The notes beneath the pieces were generated by a model. The model searched no databases. It had not been told where the DNA came from and saw only the letters and a program-made list of their open reading frames with translations. DNA of 63,426 nucleotides, filler included, from Octopus bimaculoides (Eukaryota): NCBI RefSeq assembly GCF_001194135.2. It is 7 parts of 6 records of this genome, joined end to end, with 100 filler letters (N's around TTAATTAATTAA, not from the genome) between each part and the next. Parts side by side here need not be neighbours in the genome. Positions count along the whole stretch, not along the records: positions 19,885 to 38,532 come from NC_068990.1; positions 38,633 to 43,306 come from NC_068984.1; 5 more parts are not named here. One strand, 5' to 3'. This document shows, one piece after another, positions 26,708 to 39,060 of the stretch; within the stretch, counting starts at the first letter, position 1; the number at the start of each line of letters is the position of its first letter. A program made the translations under genes and the position numbers.

Positions 26708-27606
26708 TAAACTTCAAATATATTGGGCAGTCATAAACAGTTATTATTTTACTCAGTCACATGGTAGACAGGAAAAGACGGATCAGATGAGCCAGTTTCA
26801 ATCTTTATTGGGATTTCACTGACAACTGACTATCATTCTATAACTGCAATATTTACTTTAGGTTCGTTTAGTTTCCTTTGTACATGCAGTATTGTCTGAA
26901 GTCTACAGGTTTGTTTTGTACAAAATGATTGCATATAAAAAACAAACACTGCTAATGCATCAGTAATTTATCAGGTTATTCATCTTATAAAGCAATTTAT
27001 TACATTCACCATCTCCATTGTGGTTTATCAAATTGCATATTGAACTCAGTCTGGACAAATATTTATATAGTCTTTTGAACTTTTTTTCCCTTGCTCATAT
27101 TTTGCCTAATGTTTATTCCTTATAACAATCCAAACTGAACATCAATGATGCTTTGCAGTTTTTGATGTTTAATATACAACAGGTTAGTTCAGTTTCAATT
27201 ACATATGCAGCATTGTCCAAAGTTTACAGGTTTTACGTTATTGATATTTATTTTATCAGTCTTAAAACGATGAAAGGCAAAGCAAATGTTGGTTGGATTT
27301 GAACTAAACAAATATAAAGGAATGTCGCTAAATACCAAAAGACTCTTCCAATTCTACAATCCAAATCTATAAGTCCAATACTTAAAAAGTAATCTACTTT
27401 CTACAACAAAAATTCTTTTCTCTCCTCTTTCATCGAAATTAGCATTGTGTTTTTAATGACCAAACTTTCAAGCAGTGTATCACCAGTCTTTGAATTCATT
27501 CATCATTCATCAAACTGGTTGGGGTGAATGTTTACAAACAATTTTCTGGTCATTAAATCTTGCTTGATAATTCACATATGTACAATAAATTTAAAACCTG
27601 ATTTAT

Positions 27607-28000
27607 AGGCATGGTTGTCTGGTAAGTAGTTTGCTTTCCAACCACATGGTTCTGGGTTCAGTACCACTGTGTAGCACCTTAGGCAAGTATCTTCACAACT
27701 GGGCCAACCAAAGCCTTGTGAGTGGATTTAGCAGACAGAAATTAAAAGAAGCCTGTCATACACACGCACACACACAGATGTATGTGTGTGTGTGCATGCA
27801 TCTTTGTGTCTGGTTTTGTCTCCCCAGCACTGCTTGACAACAGGTGTTGGTGCGTTTACATCCCCATAACTTAGCAGTTTGACAAAAGAGACTGGTAGAA
27901 TAAGTACCAAGTTTTAAAAAGTAAGTACTGGGGTCAATTCACTTGACCAAAATTCTTCAGTGTGATGCCCCAGCATGACCACAATCTAATGACTGTAAAA
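27607..28000 (+). mobile_element. CORE-like SINE, full length
   Basis: Head, ACCTTAGGCAAGTATCTT, internal (CA/TG)n, tail CCCCAGCATGACCACA..ATGACTG. Confidence 0.85.
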
Positions 28001-28390
28001 GAGTATATATTCCACACTCTACTGCTACCTATTAAACGAAATACTTTATCAAAGAAATTCTTATAAGTAAAATGTTACCTCTTGTAATTTAAATATTTTC
28101 TAGCATGATGCAAAAGAATAAATTATCATTATGATTCTAAGTCTGATGTTCTTTGGTCATTGCATATTCTCGGCGTAATTGTTTTAGATTTATAAAGATA
28201 TACATGTTAGTTCTATATTTTGTTTTACAAATTTTTTAAATTCCAAATTTCCTGAGTGTCTACATATGTATTTTCTTGAGTTTTTCCTTCTTGAAAAAAG
28301 TTTTTAGTGAACCAAACAACAGAATAAACTGCTAATTCTTTTAAAAGAGTTATGTTGAAACCCTTGTTTCACTCCAATGTTTAGTCACCT

Positions 28391-28546
28391 TTAACCCCTT
28401 AGCATGTAATCCAGTCTTACCAGCTTAAATACTCTTCCTGTTTTATATCCAAACTGGTCATACCCAGCCTCTCACATCTACACTACAATGTCATTCTAAG
28501 AATAAGCAATTACATTTGACAGAGTAATCCGAATGCTAAAAGGTTC
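28391..28546 (+). mobile_element. piggyBac-like MITE (internally deleted)
   Basis: TTAACCCCTTAGCAT ... AATGCTAAAAGGTT termini. Confidence 0.6.
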
Positions 28547-30679
28547 AGAAACTTTTTTGGCAATGTTGTCAGTGGCAGATGTTTCGTTTCATAACAAGCA
28601 AATCACTACCCTAATAATTTTACACACCATTTATTTGGTAAGCTTTCTCAGATTGTTGGGTTCAAGTTAAATAATTAATAAATGTCAAGACAATATTTTG
28701 ATGAGGAGTATAAGAATATTAGATGATTTATTTACTGGTAAAAATTTCACTCAAAGGATTGATAAATTTACTGGCTGATTTCTTATTGGAGATGGTCTGC
28801 TACGGTTTATGTTAATTAAATAAATTTGACATTATTGAATCAAATATGTTATAAATTTTTATGAGCAATATTGTAAGTAAAGTCAAGTGTAAAACATTCA
28901 AATAATTTGTCATAAGATGATTTTTGACACTGCCATGCATATATAGCTGAGATAATTTTCAAAAGGTTGCTGGACTTTCTTTAAAACTATTAATAATGAA
29001 GATGATTTTCATGTTTCATTAAAATTGAATAGACTGGTTAATAAGCTACTGCTGGAGGTCTGTATGAGATGCATTCTCAGTAAGTGGTTACTGCTAAACC
29101 ATTGTAAGCACATGATTAGATCATTAAATGTTTAGAATTGAAGTGTTCAGCATTAGAGCTTTGTGATGTAATGACAAATCTTTACTGTTAGATGGGCACT
29201 TTGTATGATTAATGAACTAACTTCAGACATTGAGTTGCCATTAGATTTACAAAAGCAGTAGAAAATCTTTGGAAATTTAGCTTTATAGATTATTGTAATA
29301 AAAGGTGAGAGAAAGAGAAAAAAAATCCAAAATGTAATTAATTTGGAGAATACATATTAGATGTAAAAGGCTTTATATTGTAGAGTTTGAAGTATCTTTC
29401 AAATATATAATTAAACAAGAGTTTCAGTTGTAAATTAAAATGAAAGAGATATTCTTAACATTTTCTTAATTCATTAAGAGTGGACAGAATTGTTATTTAC
29501 CAAGCATAATTTTATTTTATTTCCATTGCTCGTAACACTTCAAATTAACAGGTACGTCTTTGTTTTAGAAACATCAAATTTGAAATTTGTTCAGGTTCTC
29601 AATAACAACTAAATACATATATACTTTAAAAAATTAAATAACTCCTCCATATTAGCCAGATTTTAATTATTGCAATGATGGTTAAATGATTCAAGTTTCT
29701 AGAATAAACTCACTTAGATACACAAACAATTACATTATTCTCTATCTTTTGAATAGATTTTAATAAATATATAAATGCTATGGGAATATTTTCAACATAT
29801 TTTCAATATTTAACTTTCTATTGATTTAAGGGTACATTTGTGAGAATGACAAATATTTTGATCCCAATATTTTCCTTTAATAAATTTTGTATGTAGAGTG
29901 GAAAATAAAATAACAAATGTGTTAATATTTGGTTACTTTAAGCTCTGTTAATGCTGCTGTTGCTGTTGATGATGATGTCAATGATGATGATGATGATGAC
30001 AATGATGATGATGGTAATGATAACCTTTTCCCTATATATAATTTACAGATAAATACTAAGTGGGAATCATCCTTTAAATTACTTTCTTCCAGCATTTTCT
30101 TGGTGAAAATTGAGAACTTAGATAAGAAAAAGTTGTGTCATTTTACTTTGGAAAAAGTTTAGTCTTCTGACACTAAAATTGATGACAGTTTCAATTTACG
30201 CAGCGCAAGAGTATGAATAACACATAAAAGGATCTGTTAATACATTTATATTGAATTATCTTCAAATTTTCTGACGTCTGTTTTTTCCTGTATGATTGTC
30301 TGAAATTAACCTTTTTCTGAGATTAGCGACATTGTCTGTAAAAATGACTAATCAGTTGGTGTAACATTTAGATTGATAATGACTATTAAAATAGTACTAA
30401 TGACTCTCAAAGACTAATTTCTTTAATCAGGAACTATGAACTTATACTACCATGTTAAAATTGGGGAATATTAATTTTGTGCCAAAGACATGTGATAATT
30501 GGGCGTCAAGGTAGAGGTTTAATAGTTGTGTTACCAAAGTGGTGGTGCAATGTCATGGTTAAAATGATTGACTTGTACTTCATACATTATAAATTCAATT
30601 TCAGTACTAGATCTCACTATATGCAAGATATTCACTATACCCTATATGCATTGATTGTTTCCCCACTTATTAATCTACT

Positions 30680-30888
30680 TTAACCATTTAGCTTTTAAAC
30701 TGGCCGTATTCTGCCTACTTCCTGTTTATACCAGTGAGATTCAACATCTCACACCTGCCCTACAATGTCATTCTAAAAATATACAACCACATCATCAAAA
30801 TTTCAAAACTACGAGATAAGGCATAATTCAAAACAATATGAATATACGAGCATTGCATTTGAGAAGATACTCTAATTGCTAAAGGGTT
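30680..30888 (+). mobile_element. piggyBac-like MITE
   Basis: TTAACCATTTAGC ... GCTAAAGGGTT; same internal sequence as 28391 and 35856 copies. Confidence 0.65.
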
Positions 30889-31058
30889 GGATCAGTGTAG
30901 CAAATTTTAGGAGTCACAAAGAAATTGTAACAGAACAGAGAAGGCATTTTAATAGAGTTGTTGGGACATTGAATAAATACATTGTGACATTTCTTCCAGC
31001 TTACTCTGCTCTGAAATAGAATCCATCTAAAGTCAGTTTTGCTTTCCATTCTTTCCAG

Positions 31059-31109
31059 GATGATGACTGATGTCCTACTAAATGGCAATAGATTGGCAAA
31101 TTTAACAAG
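31059..31109 (+). CDS. Candidate internal exon (51 nt, phase 2-2): MMTDVLLNGNRLANLT
   Basis: Strong acceptor ttttgctttccattctttccAG, open frame, AAG/gtgttt donor. Confidence 0.3.
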
Positions 31110-31772
31110 GTGTTTACATCTATCTATATATACGATGTTAATTAAAATATTGGCATATTCTGTAGGAGTGCAGTGTAACAGAAACAAATCACTTTTAATG
31201 CACCAGTAATGTGTGTGTGTGTGTGTGTAAGTCATCTAAGTCAGGAAAAAATATATTTGTATATCTGTCAATAGAGTGGGTATATTATATGAAGATGGGT
31301 AAGATTGTCTGTAATGAATATACAATACTGTACACTTGAAAAGAATTTTTGGTATTATTTATTCACCATTACACATGTTTTATTTGCTAATAGAAGATAC
31401 AAAATTGTACATGTAGAAAAAAGATAACTTATAAGACATCAACTTTAGAAATTCTTCATCCACTTGGATGAAGCTTTCATTTATTGTCAGTAATCAAGAG
31501 TCTTATAGATAACAGGAAGAGAGAATAAAGAAATTATAACTCTATATACATACTATATATATAATGCTCTCAAAGCTACTCACCTGATGACGTACAGAAC
31601 ACAGCTGCTGCTGGATCATACCTATTTATATAACATTTATGTAATAGAATGACATAGGAAAATCAGCAACTAATAGCTGATACCAATGTGCAGAAACAAT
31701 TATTGTGTTTAATGGTTATAGCCTGTTCATTCCATCTTCTTGCTTTTTAAAGTTATATATATCTACAGTATA

Positions 31773-31828
<56 letters not shown>

Positions 31829-32284
31829 TTAATAAAATTAATAAAATGTGTCCAATAAACTAGCCATGAGAATTGGAAAATCCAACTTTTCAGACNNNNN
31901 NNNNNNNNNNNNNNNNNNNNNNNNNNNNNNNNNNNNNNNNNNNNNNNNNNNNNNNNNNNNNNNNNNNNNNNNNNNNNNNNNNNNNNNNNNNNNNNNNNNN
32001 NNNNNNNNNNNNNNNNNNNNNNNNNNNNNNNNNNNNNNNNNNNNNNNNNNNNNNNNNNNNNNNNNNNNNNNNNNNNNNNNNNNNNNNNNNNNNNNNNNNN
32101 NNNNNNNNNNNNNNNNNNNNNNNNNNNNNNNNNNNNNNNNNNNNNNNNNNNNNNNNNNNNNNNNNNNNNNNNNNNNNNNNNNNNNNNNNNNNNNNNNNNN
32201 NNNNNNNNNNNNNNNNNNNNNNNNNNNNNNNNNNNNNNNNNNNNNNNTATATATATATATGTGTGTGTGTGTATGTATGTATAT

Positions 32285-32789
32285 ATAAATGTAAGGAAAA
32301 GAAAGTTAAGCAAGTTGATATACAAAAAATATTAAATACATTTAATACAAAAAAAAATGTACATGTGTGTGCATATAAAAAAGTGTGACTTACACAGAAT
32401 ATCAATGATATCAGGAATTAAAGGGATTCAGTAAGAGTTTTACGAGTCCAACAGCTGTTTCTGGGACCTTGGTGGTCCAAATTAATGATTGTAACTTGAT
32501 TCCATTATTGGATGACACCAGCTTCCATCTTCAGGAAAGAAATTTACATTTGAGGTGTTGATAGATTGGAGTTTTAAAGAATTATACTCCATTACTTTGA
32601 ACCTCCAAACCCCCCAGAAACAGCTATTGGACTCGTAAAACTCTTACTCAACCCCTTTCATTTCTGATATCATTTATATTCTGTGTAAGTCAGACTTCTT
32701 TATATGCCTACATATGTACATTTTTTGTATTAAATGGGTTTAATTTTTTTTTATATCGACTTGCCTAACTTGCTTATCCTTACATTTAT
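32285..32789. repeat. Long inverted repeat (arms about 180 bp, spacer about 145 bp), Penelope-like by inference
   Basis: 32285-32465 is the reverse complement of 32611-32789 with scattered mismatches. Confidence 0.85.
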
Positions 32790-32861
32790 TCCTCTATCTG
32801 TTCAAGTTCAAAGCTCTTGAGCACTATGAAGTGTATTCTGTACAGAGAATACCTCTCTCTA

Positions 32862-32935
<74 letters not shown>

Positions 32936-32994
32936 ATATATATATACATGATTATGTTACACACACACACGTACATTATATCATTTTTAAAAAT

Positions 32995-33385
32995 CTTTTA
33001 TTTGTTTCAGTCATTTGACTGTGGTCAAGCTGGGGCACTGCCTTGAGGAAACTTTTGTCAAACAAATCAACCCTACTACTTACATTTTTTTTGTAAGCCT
33101 GGTGCTTATTCTATCTATCTTTTTTTGCTGAACCACTAAGTTATGGAGGACATAAACACACCAATACCAGTTGTCAAGTAGTGGTGGTGGATGACAAGCA
33201 CAGGTACAAAAACACTCACTCATGCATGCACACACACACATGTGCACACATATACAATGGGCTTTCAGTTTCCATCAACCAAATCCACTTGCAAGGCTTT
33301 GGTTGGCCTGAGGTTATAGTAGAGGACACTTACCCAATGTGCCATGCAGTGGGACTAAACCCAGAACTATGTGGTTGGGAAGCAA
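32995..33385 (-). mobile_element. CORE-like SINE, full length
   Basis: Tail, internal (CA)n and head in reverse orientation. Confidence 0.85.
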
Positions 33386-33502
33386 ATTTCTTACCATAAG
33401 GCAACTGTATATACATACATACATGCCTGCATGCATGCATGCATGCATACATGCATATATACATACACGCTTACATACATTATATACATATACATATATA
33501 TA

Positions 33503-33593
<91 letters not shown>

Positions 33594-34739
33594 ATATCCC
33601 TTGCTCTTAACCCTTCTCTTTTGTCTGTGTGTTCAACAACTAGCCATGAGATCTCGACTTTGAAGAGAGGTGGTAGGCCACAAGCCATAATGGTCTGATG
33701 AGATGCTGTAAAGCTAAGTACTTTACGGATGTGAAACCCTCCGTAATCCCATACACCAACCATAACTATCTTTGTCTAAATATTTTGCTGGTCTGTAACT
33801 GAGAATGTGCTTCTCTTTTGGATTTATGATTTACTGACGATAGATAGACAGAAAGACAAATACATAATATATAGATAGATATAAATATGTATATGTGTAT
33901 ATATAGATAGATATGTATATATATGTGTGTGTATACATAAAGAGATATGTGCACATGCGTGTGTGTGTGTGTGTGTGCGTGTGTGTGTGTGCACGCATGT
34001 GTTATGTGTGTATTTAAATTTACACACATGCACACATACACATATATATGTATACTGTGTTCTATTTCAGTATCAATACTACAATTATACTTTACATAGA
34101 TTATCTCTTTTTATAGATATTAATACATACGTAGGTGATGATATAGTTTCAGAAGTAATTGGTTTCAATCAACCACTACGAAATTTAAATTGAAATATGA
34201 TACCACTAGATAGTCAGTTGCTTGAACTATACAGCTATACAAATATATCCTATAAATTGATGTATTTCAATACATTGTTATTCATGGTAAAATCTGGTAT
34301 CCCAGGAAACAGGTGACGATGTGTATAAACAACAACTGTTTTCTTAAGAAAGTTCTACATAACTCTAATCAGTTCAATTGTCAAGAAAAGTGAAATGTCT
34401 AATGTACTGTGCCTAAGAGAGAAACAGTTTACTGATGTAGCAGTGATTCAAAACCAAATCCCTGGATATGTGGCCAGACATCACAAGCAAACTATCATAG
34501 TTTCACATGGTCAGCCTATTTACTGGTCAATCAACATGAACTGATTCTGAGGGCAGGTTTTCTTGAACATACTACAATTTGACTTCTGGTCCCCTATAAA
34601 AACCATTCAGAATGTATTTTTATTAGACAAAGACAGACAACCTAGCAATGTGGTTAAGATAGATGGTACAGATAGATGAGCGGAACCTTCATTGATATGA
34701 ATTTAGCACAGTTGTTTTCAGTTATGTTGGGTGAGTCTC

Positions 34740-35097
34740 ATGTTGCTGTATCAATAGCTTGCCATATACACTGAGCAGAGTCTTTCTCCCAGTATGCTTC
34801 GTTGCCGTAAGCTTGCCAAAGCATGCTCAATGTCTCTGTAGCAGACTTCCCAAATTTAACACAAAATTTTACATTGGCTCTTTCTTCCAACTTCTTATCC
34901 ATGACAAAATCACAGATTACAGCATACATGTGATCACAAAAACAAATTTCACAACTTGCAAAGTAAACACAGCAATGTCATTTGGGACACTGCTTCATGA
35001 AGGTCACTGCTAGCTCTTACTCTACATGCAACAGTGTGCCACCACTTGCTGTTGCACTACAGAACTAGTCTGGCAACTTTCTGATACTGCCTCATAT
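34740..35097 (-). mobile_element. Mariner 5' fragment (TIR plus transposase N-terminus)
   Basis: MDKKLEERANVKFCVKFGKSATETLSMLWQAYGNEA; TIR-like TATGAGGCAGTATCAGAAAGTT. Confidence 0.8.
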
Positions 35098-35855
35098 ACT
35101 GTGTTTTTAAATACAGCTTGTCCATAAGAGATATTATCTCTTGATAAATATGCTAATAAATTTGCCTTCAACAATGTATTTACATTAAGTATAATACATA
35201 GATGGTTATTCTAATTTAGTACTGCTTCTATTGTATATAACAGGTTTTAATTCAGCTGATTAGCTATTCATAATGCCATTGAATGTTTATTCACTGTAAC
35301 TTATATATCAAAGGTGATGAATCTTGTCTATTTGTGTGTCTGACTGTGAAGTGCATGCCACTGATATGGCTCAATGAGACTAAAACATCTGACGTTCTCA
35401 ATAGAAACTTCTGGACTGATTTTTCCTTCTTCCAATGTATGTTGTCTTTTTTAAACACATCATGCCCATAAGAGATGTAATCCCTGGATAAATACCACAG
35501 TAAATTGCCTTTTAACAATGCATTTACATTAAGTATGATACATAGAGTGCTATAAGAACCTATGTATAGATTAATAGCTTATTTATAAGAATGTGGCTGC
35601 TTCTGGATCTAATAGTAGTTGCAGAATACATAGATTTCCCCATCACATTGGGGGAAATCTATGTAACTCCACTCTATAGAGTAGAGTATAACATGAGTGT
35701 AAATATCAACATCAAACTTTTATGGAGACTATGTTCAAGGATATTCATTGGTTAAACGTTATAAAAATATGAAAAAAAATTCAGTCATTTTAATTAATTA
35801 CATAAATTGTAAGAAAATATCATTAAGTTCTTTAAAATGGCAACATTGTTGTTCT

Positions 35856-36082
35856 TTAACCCTTTGGCATTCAGATTATTCTGTCAAATGTAATGCTTAT
35901 CCATATTGTTTTGAATTAATCATGCATTATCTCGTAACTTCAATATTTTGACTGTAAGATTGTTTATTTTTAGAATGGTATTCTAGGGTAAGTGTAAGAG
36001 GTTGGATCTGGTTGGTTTGAACATGAAGGAGGTAAAATATTTAGGTGGCAGGATGTGGCTGGTTTAAATGTTAAAGGATTAA
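35856..36082 (-). mobile_element. piggyBac-like MITE
   Basis: TTAACCCTTTGGCATT ... AATGTTAAAGGATTAA termini. Confidence 0.7.
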
Positions 36083-36294
36083 ATTCTGAGCTTTTGGTTA
36101 AAACATTAGATCATGTTGATAAAATATAGCTTCTTGGCTCAGTCCCTACCTGACCCAAGAATATTGCCAGAAAACAATTGGAGATTCTATCTGACAAAAC
36201 ATAAACAACACACCAAAGAATAGCAAATAATCTAAAAAAACAGTCAGCACTATTGTTTCTTAGACATACTGAATGGTTGACAGGAACATTACTC

Positions 36295-36489
36295 TTTTAC
36301 TCTTTTATTTTTTTCAGTCATTTGACTGCAGCCATGCTGGAGCACTGCCTTTAGTCGAGCAAATCAACCCCGGGATTTATTCTTTGGAAGCCTAGTACTT
36401 ATTCTATCGGCCTCTTTTGCCGAACCACTAAGTTACGGGGACATAAACACACCAGCATCAGTTGTCAAGCGATGGTGGGTGGGGGACAA

Positions 36490-36530
<41 letters not shown>

Positions 36531-36750
36531 CATATATATATACATATATNNNNNNNNNNCACACACACACATATATATATATATATACACATATATACGA
36601 CGGGCTGCTTTCAGTTTCCGTCTACCAAATCCACTCACAAGGCTTTGGTCGGCCCAAGGCTATAGTAGAAGACACTTGCCCAAAGTGCTACACAGTGGGA
36701 CTGAATCCAGAACCATGTGGTTGGTAAGCAAGCTACTTACCACACAGCCA
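36295..36750 (-). mobile_element. CORE-like SINE, full length with internal (CA)(TA)n
   Basis: Tail 36295-36490, microsatellite, CORE and head 36600-36750. Confidence 0.9.
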
Positions 36751-38241
36751 CTCCTGCACCTATTCTGAAAACATTAAAACAAATGTGATTATTTTAAAAT
36801 CTTGAGGCTAAATCCAGGAGTTCACTTAGACAGATATTGAAATTTAATTCTTCAGTGGTGGATACATAAAGCTTTTAGTCCATCACTTCATGACAAAATA
36901 TCCAAATGAAGAGTTTGCTATATAGAAAGAAAATTTTTATATTCTCTTTTGTTTATATTTACATGTCTGTTTTACAGTTAATTAATGGGTAGAAAACTTG
37001 AAACAGCTGGATAAAAATTATTTTATGACTTTTCTTATCTCAAGTTTTAAACAGTATTATGCAATACTTATAAATTAAATTTTTTATGATTCTAATAAAA
37101 TGCAACTAAATTACAAATTAAATTTTATCATAGCAAGTCTTGCTTTAGTACAAACAAATTTATTGTAAGAAAATACTTGCCTTTCAATGTGTACAAGTTT
37201 TATCTCGTTTTAACTAGTGATGCAGTGAGAGTGATCATGAGTACAATCCTAACTGCAGCTGCTGATATTAGAAGAAACCAAATGCAAACTAATGAATATA
37301 TACAACATAATCATTCAGAAATGAAATGCAAATTAGATTTTTTTTAGACATACTTTGGTAAGAGACTTAACAATTTGAAATAATAATTGAACAAAGAGGA
37401 AAGCAATCCAAAAGGCACAAGGATTTTCATTTTAATTAAAATAATAATAGGGAAAAATCACCATGATGATGATGTTGTGATAGGCATTTTAAAAAGCATC
37501 GATAACCAGACAGGATGCCCAGCCACATAAGTTGGTGAAATACAAACTAGCAAGATAAATAAGGAGTAGACAAGTTCAGATCATTTGAGGAGATAAGGTA
37601 ATATTCTTGAATAGTGGAAGACCGAGAAGAAAATAGCAACATGAATAATGATTACTAGAACTAAAAACTGATATTGGTCAGGCAGTATGACTTTTGGATT
37701 AATTCTTTAATGACAATGAGCTAACAGATATTCTGTGATAATTCAATGGAATGTTGAGCAGGTTCTGTTGGAACTAAAGTTCATAATAATATAAATATTA
37801 AAAAACAATTTGTTTCATACACAAAGTTGACTTCATGGTGTTAGAAGTAGGGTGTTGAATGGTGGTCTTTCCTGATCAATATAAACAGAATAATATTATC
37901 TACATTTCGAGAAGTATGAATCAAATTTATTGGATATGTAACTGTATATGTTATTTGAATCTGGAATATATATTAATTTGAGAAGCTTTCGTGGTAAAAC
38001 TTTGGTATCAAAACACTGATCAGGACATGAGATAAAAAGAGTGATCTAGGAACATGTGCTGAAAATCAGGGAACTTACAACATACCAATCTGGTAAAATG
38101 AATTATTATTAATAACCATGATTGTGAAGGATACAAGTATATAGGCTTCAAATTTTGGCACAAAGTCAGCAATTTTGTGGGAGTGGGGAATTCAATTACA
38201 TTGAATTACTCACACTTAAACATACATACATACATCATCAT

Positions 38242-38532
38242 CATCATCATCATCGTTTAACGTCCGCCTTCCATGCTAGCATGGGTTGGACGATTTGACT
38301 GAGGACTGGTGAAACCGGATGGCAACACCAGGCTCCAATCTAATTTGGCAGAGTTTCTACCTTCCTAACGCCAACCACTCAGAGAGTGTAGTGGGTGCTT
38401 TTACGTGTCACCCGCACGAAAACGGCCACGCTCGAAATGGTGTCTTTTATGTGCCACCTGCACAAGAGCCAGTCCTGGGGCACTGGCAACGATCTCGCTC
38501 GAAAACCCTACAAAGGCCAGTCAGGCGGTATA
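38242..38532 (-). mobile_element. RTE-like 3' end with (TGA)n tail
   Basis: (CAT)n CGTTTAACGTCCGCCTTCCATGCTAGCATGGGTTGGACG...CTTCCTAACGCCAACC. Confidence 0.7.
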
Positions 38533-38632
38533 NNNNNNNNNNNNNNNNNNNNNNNNNNNNNNNNNNNNNNNNNNNNTTAATTAATTAANNNNNNNNNNNN
38601 NNNNNNNNNNNNNNNNNNNNNNNNNNNNNNNN
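38533..38632. other. Artificial 100-bp assembly spacer
   Basis: 44 N + TTAATTAATTAA + 44 N. Confidence 0.9.
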
Positions 38633-38668
<36 letters not shown>

Positions 38669-38822
38669 CAAATGATATATGAGCATATGCATGTATACAT
38701 ACATATATGTACATACCTACATCTACATGTATATATAGATGCATATCCGAGTACAGAACGTCAAAAAAGGAACGGAAACATAAAGCACAAAAAACGGACT
38801 TTTTTATAGACAACAGAATGAA
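38633..38822 (-). mobile_element. (TA)n-associated repeat, same family as 18264 and 55099
   Basis: CATACCTACATCTACATG...GAGTACAGAACGTC shared. Confidence 0.65.
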
Positions 38823-39060
38823 CACATACATACATAATACATACATACATACATACATAAACAAAAGATTGGGGGAGAAGCTTGAGCATAGCAGCAAAGT
38901 GCAGTTATATATAGGGTACCTCTCTCATGCACGGGCAATGGCTGATGATGGTTTTTCTCGGTCTCTAATGAACAATCATCATCGTCGTCGTCGTCGTCGT
39001 ATGTATACATACATACATACATACAAACATACATACATACATACATACATGCATGCATAA

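Noticed and set aside
31584-31621. 38-nt minus-strand exon with CAG/GTGAGT donor
   Set aside because: Poor acceptor, opposite strand to other candidates, and also resembles a decayed CTGATGA..CAGCTG repeat.
34722-34730. 9-nt microexon (TTATGTTGG/GTGAGT)
   Set aside because: Short pyrimidine tract; donor abuts a mariner relic.
35283-35518. ORFs on both strands
   Set aside because: TATATCAAAGG..TCTATTTGTGTGTCTG resembles a non-autonomous Helitron-like start, and the flanks are a local direct duplication (about 35110 and 35465).
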